This document shows, piece after piece, positions 1 through 9,366 of a stretch of 64,000 bases of DNA (position 1 is the first letter of the stretch; each line of letters begins with the position of its first letter). This stretch comes from an uncultured Candidatus Binatia bacterium. Lineage in GTDB: Bacteria; Desulfobacterota; Binatia; UBA9968; JAJDTQ01. The DNA lies in NCBI GenBank assembly GCA_965242525.1, contig OZ251459.1, forward strand, positions 32,001 through 96,000, written 5' to 3'. The notes under the pieces were generated by a model. The model was not told the origin of the DNA and did no database searches. It was given only the letters and a program-made list of their open reading frames with translations. The translations under genes and the position numbers were made by a program.

Positions 1-812
1 TCTGCAAGGTCGCTGGAGTAGAACTTCGACAACAGGTGCTCGAACGCCTGTCCCACTCCGAACAGGCCCACGTTGGTCCGGGTCGCCGCGGGCAGGTAGC
101 CTCGCAGGACGTCGCATGCGTGGGCCCGGACGGTGGCGCGATAGGCGGTCTCCGCCCACCGGGCAAGCTCCTCGTCCCGCCGGGCCTCGGCATACGTGAC
201 CGGGGCGCCGGTCCGGGGGTTGCGCAACTCGGTCTCCTCCAGCGGAAGCGACTTGCGCACGTGCTCGATCATCGGCTCCATCTGTTGCGCATAGGCGGTG
301 AACAGGAGCTCCATGAGTTCGCGGTAGTCCTGCGCGTGCTTCGACTTGGCGATGGTCGGCTCCACGAAGTAGAGGTATCGGCCCGCGGCGTCCTTGCGGT
401 CGAAGCGGACGTAACGGGTGGACTTCTCCAGCGGCGCGATGCCGATGCGCGCGTCTTCCAGGTGCTTGGCCGCGACGTTGGAGATCTCTTCGCAGGCCAC
501 GTGGGCGCCCCCCAGTTGCGCCACCGAATCGTCGCCGTACCCGATGAGCACCCGTTCGTAGAAGGCCCGCGCCCTGCGCACCGCGGGGTCGTCCCGGCTC
601 GCCGGTCCGTGGGCGCCGAGCACCGGGGAGAGGTCCGCGTCGCCCAGGAACTCGTCCAGGAACGTGCGCCGGAGGTCCTTGGCGGAGCGGCTGTAGCGGG
701 AGAAGAGCGCTCCGGCCACCTCCTGCGGCAGGTGCAGGCCGAAGACCGGCCGGTCCACGTTGCTGAAGAACGGGGCGAGCCGCTCGCGTTCGGCCGGAGT
801 GAAGTCTGTCAT
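1..812 (-). CDS. thyX: FAD-dependent thymidylate synthase (ThyX/Thy1, long form), 3' end runs off the window
   Basis: Manual minus-strand translation from ATG at 812: MTDFTPAERERLAPFFSNVDRPVFGL...GALFSRYSRS...FYERVLIGYGDDSVAQLGGAH...LEKSTRYV, typical of long ThyX proteins; absent from the ORF track because it is truncated. Confidence 0.8.
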   Translation of the reverse strand, partial: MTDFTPAERERLAPFFSNVDRPVFGLHLPQEVAGALFSRYSRSAKDLRRTFLDEFLGDADLSPVLGAHGPASRDDPAVRRARAFYERVLIGYGDDSVAQLGGAHVACEEISNVAAKHLEDARIGIAPLEKSTRYVRFDRKDAAGRYLYFVEPTIAKSKHAQDYRELMELLFTAYAQQMEPMIEHVRKSLPLEETELRNPRTGAPVTYAEARRDEELARWAETAYRATVRAHACDVLRGYLPAATRTNVGLFGVGQAFEHLLSKFYSSDLA

Positions 813-859
813 GTGGATGGAACGGGGCCTGCGCGGGCCGGCCACGGAACCTGTGTTAT

Positions 860-1051
860 GGAAACCCTGGACGATCGAGCGGTGGACGGGAGTATTCCCT
901 CCGATCGAGCCGTGGACGAGGGCATTCCCTCACGGAACCTTCCCGTCTCCGTTCGCCCCGAGCGTAGCGAAGGGAAGACCTCCGTTCATCCTGAGCGTAG
1001 CGAAGCGAAGTCGAAGGACGCGCTCTTTCTCCGGGATCGTCCAGAGGTTCC
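860..1051 (-). repeat. TIR-bounded MITE/REP element (reverse orientation, with internal duplication)
   Basis: GGAAACCCTGGACGATCG ... GATCGTCCAGAGGTTCC enclosing the core CGTTCATCCTGAGCGTAGCGAAGCGAAGTCGAAGGACG. Confidence 0.75.
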
Positions 1052-1210
1052 TTATTACCAGAGGACGGTTCGACGGGACAAACCCGGCCCCCGGGATACG
1101 GGGTCGCGGGCAGGGCCGCGCGGCATGGGACGGTCCTCCTGCTGGATACCGGCTCGATCCTCTGGCAAACTCTGTCCGAGAAGGCCACGTCCCCAAGGAG
1201 CACATGATTT

Positions 1211-3274
1211 ATGAGCGGCGCAAACCTGGACGAATTGTGCATCAACACCATCCGCACCCTCTCCATCGACGGGGTGCAGCAGGCCAACTCCGGCCACCCG
1301 GGCACGCCCATGGCCATGGCTCCGGTGGCCTACTGCCTGTGGCAGCGGTTCCTGCGCTTCGACCCGGACGCCCCCATCTGGCCCAACCGGGACCGCTTCG
1401 TGCTGTCCGCGGGCCATGCCTCCATGCTGCTCTACTCGCTGCTCCACCTGACCGGGGTCAAGGCCGTGGGCAAGGACTACGAGGCCCTGGGCGACCTCTC
1501 CGTCCCGCTGGAGGCGTTGAAACGGTTCCGCCAGCTCGACAGCCGCTGCCCCGGCCATCCGGAGTACCGCTGGACCTCGGGAGTGGAGACCACCACCGGC
1601 CCCCTGGGACAGGGCGTGGCCACCAGCGTGGGCATGGCCATCGCCGGGCGGTGGATGGCCAGCCGCTTCAACCGGCCCGGCTTCGAGGACCTCATCGACT
1701 TCGACGTGTACGCCCTGTGCGGCGACGGCTGCATGATGGAGGGGGTGAGCCACGAGGCGGCCTCGCTGGCCGGCCACCTGAAGCTGTCCAAGCTGTGCTG
1801 GATCTACGACAACAACCGCATCACCATCGAGGGCCACACCGCGCTTGCCTTCTCCGACGACGTGGCCACCCGTTTCCTGGGTCTCGGATGGAACGTGGTC
1901 CGGGTGGGCGACGCCAACGACCTGGAGATGCTCGAGCGGGCGTTCCGCACGTTCGGGGACACAGCCGACCGGCCCACGCTGCTGATGGTGGACAGCCACA
2001 TCGGGTACGGCTCGCCCAACAAGCAGGACACCAGCGGCGCCCACGGCGAGCCGCTGGGCGCGGAGGAAGTCAGGCTCACCAAGAAGCGCTACGGTTGGCC
2101 CGAGGACGCCGCGTTCCACGTTCCCGACGGCGTGCGGGAGCGTTTCCGCGAAGGCATGGGACGCCGGGGCAAGTCCCTGCGGGACGCGTGGTTCGACCGC
2201 ATCCGGGACTACCGGGAGCGGTATCCGGAACTCGCGGAGGAGCTCTACCGGATGCAGCACCGCCAGCTTCCCGACGGGTGGGACCGTGACCTGCCGGACT
2301 TTCCCCCGGACGCCAAGGGGGTGGCGGGACGGGACGCCTCCGGCAAGGTGCTGAACGCGCTGGCCCGGAACGTGCCGTGGCTCATGGGAGGCGCCGCGGA
2401 CCTGGCCCCGTCCACCAAGACGCGCCTCGTCTTCGAGGGCGCGGGAGACTTCTCGGCCGAGGACTACGGCGGGCGCAACCTGCACTTCGGGGTGCGCGAG
2501 CACGCCATGGCGTCGGTGATGAACGGCATGGCGCTGGTGAAGGTGCGCGCCTTCGGGTCGGGGTTCCTGATCTTCAGCGACTACGCCCGCGGCGCCATCC
2601 GGCTGAGCGCGCTGATGGAGCTTCCGGTGGTCCACGTGTTCACCCACGACTCCATCGGCGTGGGGGAAGACGGGCCCACGCACCAGCCGGTGGAGCACCT
2701 GGCGTCCCTTCGAGCCGTGCCCGGGTTGCTGGTGCTCCGGCCCGCGGACGCCAACGAGGTGACCGCTGCCTGGAAGGTCGTCATGGAGCGGCGCCGGGAG
2801 CCTGCGGCGCTGGTGTTGACGCGCCAGGCGCTGCCTACGCTGGACCGCAGCCGCTACGCCCCGGCCGACGGCGTGGCCCGGGGCGCCTACGTGCTCGCCG
2901 ACGCCCCGGACGGAAAGCCCGACGTGCTGCTGCTGGCCACGGGCAGCGAGGTCTCGGTCTGCGTGGAGGCATACGAGGCCCTGGCCGCGGAAGGGGTCAA
3001 GGCCCGCGTGGTCAGCATGCCCTGCTGGGAGCTGTTCGACGACCAGGACGAGGGCTACCGGAACGGCGTGATCCCGCCCGGGGTGACGGCCCGGGTCTCG
3101 GTGGAGCAGGCGTCGGTGTTCGGATGGACCAAGTACACGGGCGCGGCCGGACACCAGATCGGCATGCGGTCCTTCGGCGCGTCGGCGCCCCTGAAGGACC
3201 TGCAGGAGAAGTTCGGCTTTACCGCGGACGACGTGGTGGCCGCGGCCCGTGCGCAGTTGGCCCGCGCACGGTGA
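1211..3274 (+). CDS. tkt: Transketolase
   Basis: NSGHPG, DRFVLSAGH, TTGPLGQG, GDGCMMEG TPP motif, HDSIGVGEDGPTHQP. Confidence 0.98.
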   Translation: MSGANLDELCINTIRTLSIDGVQQANSGHPGTPMAMAPVAYCLWQRFLRFDPDAPIWPNRDRFVLSAGHASMLLYSLLHLTGVKAVGKDYEALGDLSVPLEALKRFRQLDSRCPGHPEYRWTSGVETTTGPLGQGVATSVGMAIAGRWMASRFNRPGFEDLIDFDVYALCGDGCMMEGVSHEAASLAGHLKLSKLCWIYDNNRITIEGHTALAFSDDVATRFLGLGWNVVRVGDANDLEMLERAFRTFGDTADRPTLLMVDSHIGYGSPNKQDTSGAHGEPLGAEEVRLTKKRYGWPEDAAFHVPDGVRERFREGMGRRGKSLRDAWFDRIRDYRERYPELAEELYRMQHRQLPDGWDRDLPDFPPDAKGVAGRDASGKVLNALARNVPWLMGGAADLAPSTKTRLVFEGAGDFSAEDYGGRNLHFGVREHAMASVMNGMALVKVRAFGSGFLIFSDYARGAIRLSALMELPVVHVFTHDSIGVGEDGPTHQPVEHLASLRAVPGLLVLRPADANEVTAAWKVVMERRREPAALVLTRQALPTLDRSRYAPADGVARGAYVLADAPDGKPDVLLLATGSEVSVCVEAYEALAAEGVKARVVSMPCWELFDDQDEGYRNGVIPPGVTARVSVEQASVFGWTKYTGAAGHQIGMRSFGASAPLKDLQEKFGFTADDVVAAARAQLARAR

Positions 3275-3374
3275 GCCGGCCGGGAGGCTCGGGCCGCGGG
3301 GGACGCGGCCCCGGAGGCGTTACGGTTGGTTGCGGCACCGGCCGCCGGGAAACGGCGTCGGCCTGGAGGGAAAC

Positions 3375-4517
3375 ATGAACCCGTTGCAAGCGTTGGGCGA
3401 GAGCGGACAGTCGGTCTGGCTGGACTACATACAGAGGAAGCTCCTCGCCACCGGCGAGCTCAGGCGTCTGGTGGAGGAGGACGGAGTCACGGGGGTCACC
3501 TCGAACCCCGCCATCTTCGAGAAGGCGGTGGCGGACAGCGACGACTACGACGACGTGACCGCGCGCATGGGCCGGGAGGGGTCCGCGGACCCAAAGGCAG
3601 TGTACGAGGCCATCGCCATGCGCGACATCCGGGAGGCCGCGGACGTGCTTCGGTCCGTTTACCGGGAGACCGGGGGGCGCGACGGCTACGTCAGCCTGGA
3701 GGTGTCGCCGCACTTGGCCCACGACACGGAGGGGACCGTGGCCGAGGCGCGGCGGTTGTGGGACAGCGTGTCCCGGGACAACCTCCTCATCAAGGTGCCG
3801 GGCACCCCGGAGGGGGTCCCGGCCATCGAGCGGTTGATCGGGGAGGGCATCAGCGTGAACGTGACCCTGCTGTTCGCCCGGGAAGCCTACGAGCAGGTGG
3901 CCCAGGCATACCTGCGCGGCTTGGCGAAAGCGGCCGCGGACGGACGGGACCTGGGCCGGATCGCCAGCGTGGCGAGCTTCTTCATCTCCCGCATCGACAC
4001 GCTGGCGGACCAGAGGATCGAGGCGAGGATCGAGGCCGCGGACGAAGCCGGCAGGGAGCGCCTGCGGGAGCTGATGGGCAAGACCGCTATCGCCAACGCC
4101 AAGCTCACCTACAGGCGTTACAGGGAGATCATGCAGGGCGAGGGCTGGCAGGCGTTGGCCGGCAGGGGCGCCCGTCCCCAGCGGCTGCTGTGGGCCAGCA
4201 CCAGCACCAAGAACCCGGACTACCGGGACGTGCTCTACGTGGAGGAACTCGTCGGCGAGGACACGGTGAACACGGTTCCGCCGGCCACGCTGGACGCGTT
4301 CCGGGACCACGGCAAGGTGCGCAAGAGCCTGGAAGATGACGTGGAAGGCGCGTCCGAGACCCTGGCGGCGCTGGAGCGGGCGGGGGTGTCCATGCGAGAG
4401 GTGACCGACCGGTTGCTGGAGGACGGGGTGCGGCTCTTTTCCGAGGCCTTCGACAAGCTCCTGGCGACCATCGAGGAAGAGTGCCGGAAGGCCGCGGACA
4501 CGGGACCCTCGGCGTGA
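3375..4517 (+). CDS. tal: Transaldolase
   Basis: GQSVWLDYI, GVTSNPAIF, IKVPGT, NVTLLF, RLLWASTSTKNP; GGAGG RBS before ATG 3375. Confidence 0.97.
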   Translation: MNPLQALGESGQSVWLDYIQRKLLATGELRRLVEEDGVTGVTSNPAIFEKAVADSDDYDDVTARMGREGSADPKAVYEAIAMRDIREAADVLRSVYRETGGRDGYVSLEVSPHLAHDTEGTVAEARRLWDSVSRDNLLIKVPGTPEGVPAIERLIGEGISVNVTLLFAREAYEQVAQAYLRGLAKAAADGRDLGRIASVASFFISRIDTLADQRIEARIEAADEAGRERLRELMGKTAIANAKLTYRRYREIMQGEGWQALAGRGARPQRLLWASTSTKNPDYRDVLYVEELVGEDTVNTVPPATLDAFRDHGKVRKSLEDDVEGASETLAALERAGVSMREVTDRLLEDGVRLFSEAFDKLLATIEEECRKAADTGPSA

Positions 4518-5194
4518 GTCCCGCGCCCGTCGAGATCCTCCCGTCCATCCTCTCAGCGGACTTCTGCGTCCTCGGACGGCAGATCGCCGAAGTGGAGGAA
4601 GCCGGCGCGGACCGCATCCACGTGGACGTGATGGACGGTCGTTTCGTGCCGAACATCACCATCGGCCCGCCGGTGGTCGAAGCCGTCCGGCGCAGCACCC
4701 GGCTGCCGCTGGACGTGCACCTGATGATCGTCGAGCCGGAGCGCTACCTCGCGGACTTCGCCAGGGCCGGCGCCGACGTCATCCTGGTCCACCAGGAGGC
4801 CTGCCCGCACCTGCACGGCGCGGTCCGGCAGATCAAGGCGCTGGGAAAGCGGGCAGGGGTGGTGCTCAATCCCGCCACTCCGCTGGCGACCCTGGAAGAG
4901 ATCCTCCCGGAGCTCGACCAAGTGCTCGTCATGAGCGTGAACCCCGGCTTCGGCGGCCAGAGCTTCATCGAGGCCAGCGTGGAGAAGGTCCGCCGCCTCA
5001 AGCGGATGCTGGAAGAGCGCGGACTGGACGCCGCCATCGAGATCGACGGCGGCATCGGCCCCGGCAACGCGGCCCAAGTGGTGGCCGCGGGCGCCACCCT
5101 GCTGGTGGCGGGCTCGTCGGTGTACAACGCGCCGGGAGGCCCCGCGCAAGGAGTCCGCCGGTTGCGGGCCAGCATCAACGGCGAACCGGCCTGA
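4514..5194 (+). CDS. rpe: Ribulose-phosphate 3-epimerase
   Basis: PSILSADF, HVDVMDGRFVPN, DVHLM, MSVNPGFGGQ, IDGG; GTG start overlaps the tal stop (GTGA). Confidence 0.97.
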   Translation: MSPAPVEILPSILSADFCVLGRQIAEVEEAGADRIHVDVMDGRFVPNITIGPPVVEAVRRSTRLPLDVHLMIVEPERYLADFARAGADVILVHQEACPHLHGAVRQIKALGKRAGVVLNPATPLATLEEILPELDQVLVMSVNPGFGGQSFIEASVEKVRRLKRMLEERGLDAAIEIDGGIGPGNAAQVVAAGATLLVAGSSVYNAPGGPAQGVRRLRASINGEPA

Positions 5195-5478
5195 CCTCCG
5201 CCCGCGCACGTCCGCACCCCGTCATTCCCACGAAAGCAGGAATCCGGCCTGACCTCCGTCCGCGCGCGTCCGCACCCCGTCATTCCCGCGAAAGCGGGAA
5301 TCCGGCCTGACCTCCGCCCGCGCACGTCCGCACCCCGTCATTCCCGCGAAAGCGGGAATCCGGCCTGACCTCCGCCCGCACACGTCCGCACCTCGTCATC
5401 CCCGCAAAAGCGGGAATCCAGACCTGACCTCCACCCGCACACATCCGCACTCCGTCATTCCCGCGAAAGCGGGAATCC
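5186..5478. repeat. Tandem array of five ~58-bp units, each with a GTCATTCCCGCGAAAGCGGGAATCC REP-type palindrome
   Basis: GTCATT/CCC cores start at 5221, 5279, 5337, 5395 and 5454, with near-identical linkers; lies between convergent genes. Confidence 0.9.
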
Positions 5479-5519
5479 ATGCCTGCCCTTCGTCCGCCTG
5501 CGCGCGTCCGCGGTCTGGG

Positions 5520-6392
5520 TCACGGGTCGGGGAAGGTCACTTCCAGGTCGCGAGTCCTCCCCGGCGTGACCGTCACCCGCCGCCGCGTCTCACCCAGTCT
5601 CTCGTGCCAGAAGCGCGCCTCGTAGTCTCCCGGAGGAATCCCCCGCACCGCGAAGCCGCCGGTTGCATCGGTCACCGCGAAGAAGCGGTTGGGCGCCACC
5701 ACGATGTACGCGCTCATCCACGCGTGGTGGAGCTCGCAGACCACCTTCACCACCCCGGGACGGCGGAGCGTCCTGGTCACCCGGCGCCATCGAGGCAACC
5801 CCTCGTTGAACAGGGTCTCGGGGCCCATGCGGGCATGGGCGTCGTGGAGTATGGGGTCGCTGTTCAGGAGGAGCACGGCGCTGCCCACAGGCGCCGCCTG
5901 GACGTGCGGCGCGAACCGGCAGCCCACGTTGTCCAGCGCGATGGCTTGGGGCCGCACCGGGGTTCGGCGGAGGCCGGCCCCGTGCAAGGTGACCACCACG
6001 TTCCGCAAGCCCCGGTCCGCGTCCACGAGCAGGCTCTCGTCGGGGACCGCGGAGCCGCAGAAAGCCCGTTCCTTGTAAACCCGCAACGCTTTCGGGGGCG
6101 GAGGCCTGCCGCGGAACCGCACCGTCCCGGCGATGGCGCCGGTGCCCGCGCGAACGAGTCCCGGCCTTGGCGCAAGGCCGTCAGCGCGCGCCGGACCGTG
6201 GTTCGCGCCGACCCAGAGGACCAGGCTCGCGGCGATGGCGAGAGGCGGCGCGAGGACCGTCCGCAAGCGCGCCGGCCGCGGCCGGAGTCCCGGCCCGGCT
6301 TCCGGCGGGTCCCGGTGGAGCCGGAAGCCGCGGGCACGCCAACGGTGGAAGAACGACGAGGACCCCTCGGCGCACGTTCGACGACGCGGCAA
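5520..6392 (-). CDS. Exported protein with cupredoxin-like and carboxypeptidase-regulatory-like domains (start uncertain)
   Basis: Hydrophobic leader, LDNVGCRFAPHV, NSDPILHDAH, CELHHAWMSAYIVV, FAVTDATGGF..GIPPGDY. Confidence 0.7.
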   Translation of the reverse strand: MPRRRTCAEGSSSFFHRWRARGFRLHRDPPEAGPGLRPRPARLRTVLAPPLAIAASLVLWVGANHGPARADGLAPRPGLVRAGTGAIAGTVRFRGRPPPPKALRVYKERAFCGSAVPDESLLVDADRGLRNVVVTLHGAGLRRTPVRPQAIALDNVGCRFAPHVQAAPVGSAVLLLNSDPILHDAHARMGPETLFNEGLPRWRRVTRTLRRPGVVKVVCELHHAWMSAYIVVAPNRFFAVTDATGGFAVRGIPPGDYEARFWHERLGETRRRVTVTPGRTRDLEVTFPDP

Positions 6393-6460
6393 AGGGGTCC
6401 TCGTCCGAGTGCTCGGGGAAGCGGTCCGTTGGGACCCGGACCGCCCCCTGGCGGGTTTGA

Positions 6461-7378
6461 TTAGTGGGCGGTTGACTGGACGTCCAGGTTGACCAGATCC
6501 ACCGGCCTTTCGGTCTCGGCCAGCATCCCCCAGCTCTTGATCCAGGCGGCGGTGCGCTCCAACTCGTCCGCGGGGATGGGCGCCGGGTCCACCACCACGA
6601 TGCGGCTGTCGCGGAGCTCGTCCGCCCTGATGGCGGCGATCTCCGGGTCGTCCTTGTGGTAGTCGATGAAGTACTGCATGTACTTCTTCTTGTCGGCGTT
6701 GATGCGGCGCACGGCCTCGCGCACCGCGCGGTTGAACTTCTCGTAGGTCTCCGAGTCCACCTTGTCGGACGCCACCTCGGTGCCGTGGAGGGAAGCCGAA
6801 ACCACGATACGGCAGCCTTTCTTCTCCGCCAGCGTGAGGTAGGGCTCGGTCAGCGGCGTGGCTTCGATCTCCCCCTTCATGACCGATTCCAGCCGGTAGC
6901 GGGAGCCGCGCGGGGCCTGGCAGAGCCGGATCTCGTCACGGGTGAGGAAACCCTCCAGCATGTGCAGCGTCAGGTAGTGGGTGCCGAAGAAGAACGGCAC
7001 GCCCACCAATCGGTGGGCGAGTTGCTGGGCGGTGTAAACCGGCGAGTCGGGCCGCACCACGAGGCCGGCATAGGCGATGATGGAGCGCCTGCCGACCTGC
7101 CGGCCGGTGTCCACGTCGGAGTCCTGCACCCGGCAGTAGTTGCCCCACTCGCAGGCGTTGTACATGTCCGCCTGGCCCTGCTCGAACAGCATGCCGTGGC
7201 TCGCGTGCGGGTTGGCGTCCTTGGGGTCGGTGACGTCGGTGTGGGTCTGCTTGTCGCCCGGTCCGCGGTCGGCCCACTCGATCTCCAGACCCTCCTTCTC
7301 GAACAGGCCTTCGGCGTCGGCCACCAACTCGCACAGACCCTGGAACGGCGCAGTGCTCTCGAGAACCAGCTTCTTCAT
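6461..7378 (-). CDS. NMT1/THI5-like substrate-binding protein
   Basis: VADAEGLFEKEGLEIEW, LVVRPDSPV pattern; GGAG RBS before ATG 7378. Confidence 0.75.
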   Translation of the reverse strand: MKKLVLESTAPFQGLCELVADAEGLFEKEGLEIEWADRGPGDKQTHTDVTDPKDANPHASHGMLFEQGQADMYNACEWGNYCRVQDSDVDTGRQVGRRSIIAYAGLVVRPDSPVYTAQQLAHRLVGVPFFFGTHYLTLHMLEGFLTRDEIRLCQAPRGSRYRLESVMKGEIEATPLTEPYLTLAEKKGCRIVVSASLHGTEVASDKVDSETYEKFNRAVREAVRRINADKKKYMQYFIDYHKDDPEIAAIRADELRDSRIVVVDPAPIPADELERTAAWIKSWGMLAETERPVDLVNLDVQSTAH

Positions 7379-7725
7379 GGCTTTCTCTCCTTTGTGTCGT
7401 TTTTTCCTTGCTGTTTCCTCGACCGGAGTCGAGCAGGAGTCCCACACGTCGCGAACGGAAAAGCCGCCCGCCCACGGATGGATCCTGCAACCTCAAGCTC
7501 CCTATACTACAGGTCGCCGCCCAAGCGCAAGAGTGCCATAAGGAACGACTGACCTCGGAAGAGGCGACCTTGTTTCGGGCGGGGCTTCGTGCCACACTGC
7601 CCGCCGATCTGGGACGATGGCTTGGGGAGTCGGGCCTCGTCCAGCGTCCGGGTGGTTCCGTGCCGCAAGCTCCATCTTCACACGCGCCTGCCGGGGGCTC
7701 CGGGGAGGGGCGGTCGCTGAAGGAC

Positions 7726-8958
7726 GTGGCCCAGTCCGGGGTGTCCTTCGGAGCGCTCCGACAGAGCCACTTCCGCGCCTATTTCTTCTACACCATGTTG
7801 GCCATGATGGCCGACAACATCGAGCACGTGATCAGCTACTGGGTCATCTACGAGATGTTCCGGTGGCCCGAGTTGCAGGGGTTCGCGGTCATCAGCCACT
7901 GGTCGCCGTTCCTGCTCCTCTCCTGGTACGTGGGCCTGCTCTCGGACCGCTTCGATTGCCGCCGGGTGATCCAGGCGGCCATGATCCTCTACTTCGTCCT
8001 CACCATCGCATGGGCGTTCTTCATCGTCACCGGGACCCTGCGGGTCTGGCACGCGTGCGCGTTGCTGGTGGTGCACGGGGTCGCGGGGGTGTTGTGGAGC
8101 CCGGGAAGCCAGCTCATCCTGCACGACATGGTGGGGCCGGAACACCTCCAGAGCGCCGTCCGTCTCAGCGCCACCAGCCGGCAGTTGGGGATCCTCATGG
8201 GGCCGGCGGTGGGCGGCTACATGATGCTCCGGTTGGGAGCGGCGTGGGGCCTGGTGGTGAACGCGCTGTTCTACGTTCCCCTGACCCTGTGGCTCGCCCG
8301 GGTCCCCTATACCGGCCACGGGGCCAACGCGGTGAAAGCGCGGCGGGTCACCTGGGCCCGGGCCCTGGAAGCGTTGCGGGAGGCGCGGAGCAACCACGTC
8401 ATCGTCTCCATGGTCTGCCTGGTGGGGTTTTCCTCGCTGCTGGTGGGCAACGCCTTCCAGGCGCAGATGCCGGGTTTCGCCGCCAGCCTGGGCAAGGGCG
8501 AGGCGGGTTACAGCTTCCTGCTCGCGGCCAACGGCGCCGGCGCGTTCCTGAGCGGCGTCCTGTTGGAGACCCGGGGGTTCCTCCAGGCCCGGGCGCGGAC
8601 GGCCATCGTCCTGGCGCTCCTGTGGTGCGCCGCCCTGGGGATATTCGCCTTCACGTCCCTCTATTACGTGGCGCTGGCGCTCCTGTTCGCCGCGGGGTTC
8701 CTCAACCTGGCCTTCCTCACCATGTCGCAAACCCTGGTCCAGCTCATCTCCCCAGTCCACCTCCGCGGCCAGTTGATCGGCCTGTTCATCATGTCCGGTC
8801 TCGGGCTGCGGACCTTCAGCGGCTTCACCGTGGGGATACTGGGGGGCGCCATCGGTATCCGGTGGTCCCTGGGCCTGAGTTGCGGCGTGCTGGTGGCGGT
8901 CATGCTGGCGTTGCTGGCGGTCACGGCCCGGGCGCAGCGCCGCGGCGCGGACGGCTGA
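7726..8958 (+). CDS. MFS transporter (start uncertain)
   Basis: About 12 hydrophobic segments, GLLSDRFDCRRV motif A, P.HLRG. Confidence 0.9.
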   Translation: MAQSGVSFGALRQSHFRAYFFYTMLAMMADNIEHVISYWVIYEMFRWPELQGFAVISHWSPFLLLSWYVGLLSDRFDCRRVIQAAMILYFVLTIAWAFFIVTGTLRVWHACALLVVHGVAGVLWSPGSQLILHDMVGPEHLQSAVRLSATSRQLGILMGPAVGGYMMLRLGAAWGLVVNALFYVPLTLWLARVPYTGHGANAVKARRVTWARALEALREARSNHVIVSMVCLVGFSSLLVGNAFQAQMPGFAASLGKGEAGYSFLLAANGAGAFLSGVLLETRGFLQARARTAIVLALLWCAALGIFAFTSLYYVALALLFAAGFLNLAFLTMSQTLVQLISPVHLRGQLIGLFIMSGLGLRTFSGFTVGILGGAIGIRWSLGLSCGVLVAVMLALLAVTARAQRRGADG

Positions 8959-9023
8959 GCCGAGCCGGTCACGGAGCTTCAGGGGAGGCGCAGAGTCTGC
9001 CGGTGGGAGGCGTAGTGAAGACC

Positions 9024-9064
9024 CCGTTCGTCCTGAGCGTAGCGTAGCGAAGTCGAAGGACGCG
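9024..9064. repeat. Isolated REP core
   Basis: CCGTTCGTCCTGAGCGTAGCGTAGCGAAGTCGAAGGACGCG between the convergent MFS gene and the tRNA. Confidence 0.8.
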
Positions 9065-9167
9065 CTTCCCCCTGGGGAGCGGGATCTCGAGCCGGAATGG
9101 ATCCGATGTCCCCATGGATGTCGGGACCCGGACGAGGGGACCCGTGGTTACGGGTCGCCGGAGAGGG

Positions 9168-9243
<76 letters not shown>

Positions 9244-9366
9244 ACACTCGGCAGTTCGAACGGATGGGCACGGATAGGCGAAACGTCCCGACCCGTCCAA
9301 CCGAGACACCAGCATAGCGGATCGGACCGCGGGGAGGCAAGCCCGTGACCGGGCCGGGGAAGGCCG

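Noticed and set aside
36-1214. 392-aa plus-strand ORF
   Set aside because: Antisense shadow of thyX plus repeat sequence; no recognisable motifs
5186-5478. Possible CRISPR array (palindromic repeats at regular spacing)
   Set aside because: The intervening sequences are near-identical rather than unique spacers, and there are no cas genes; it is a REP tandem
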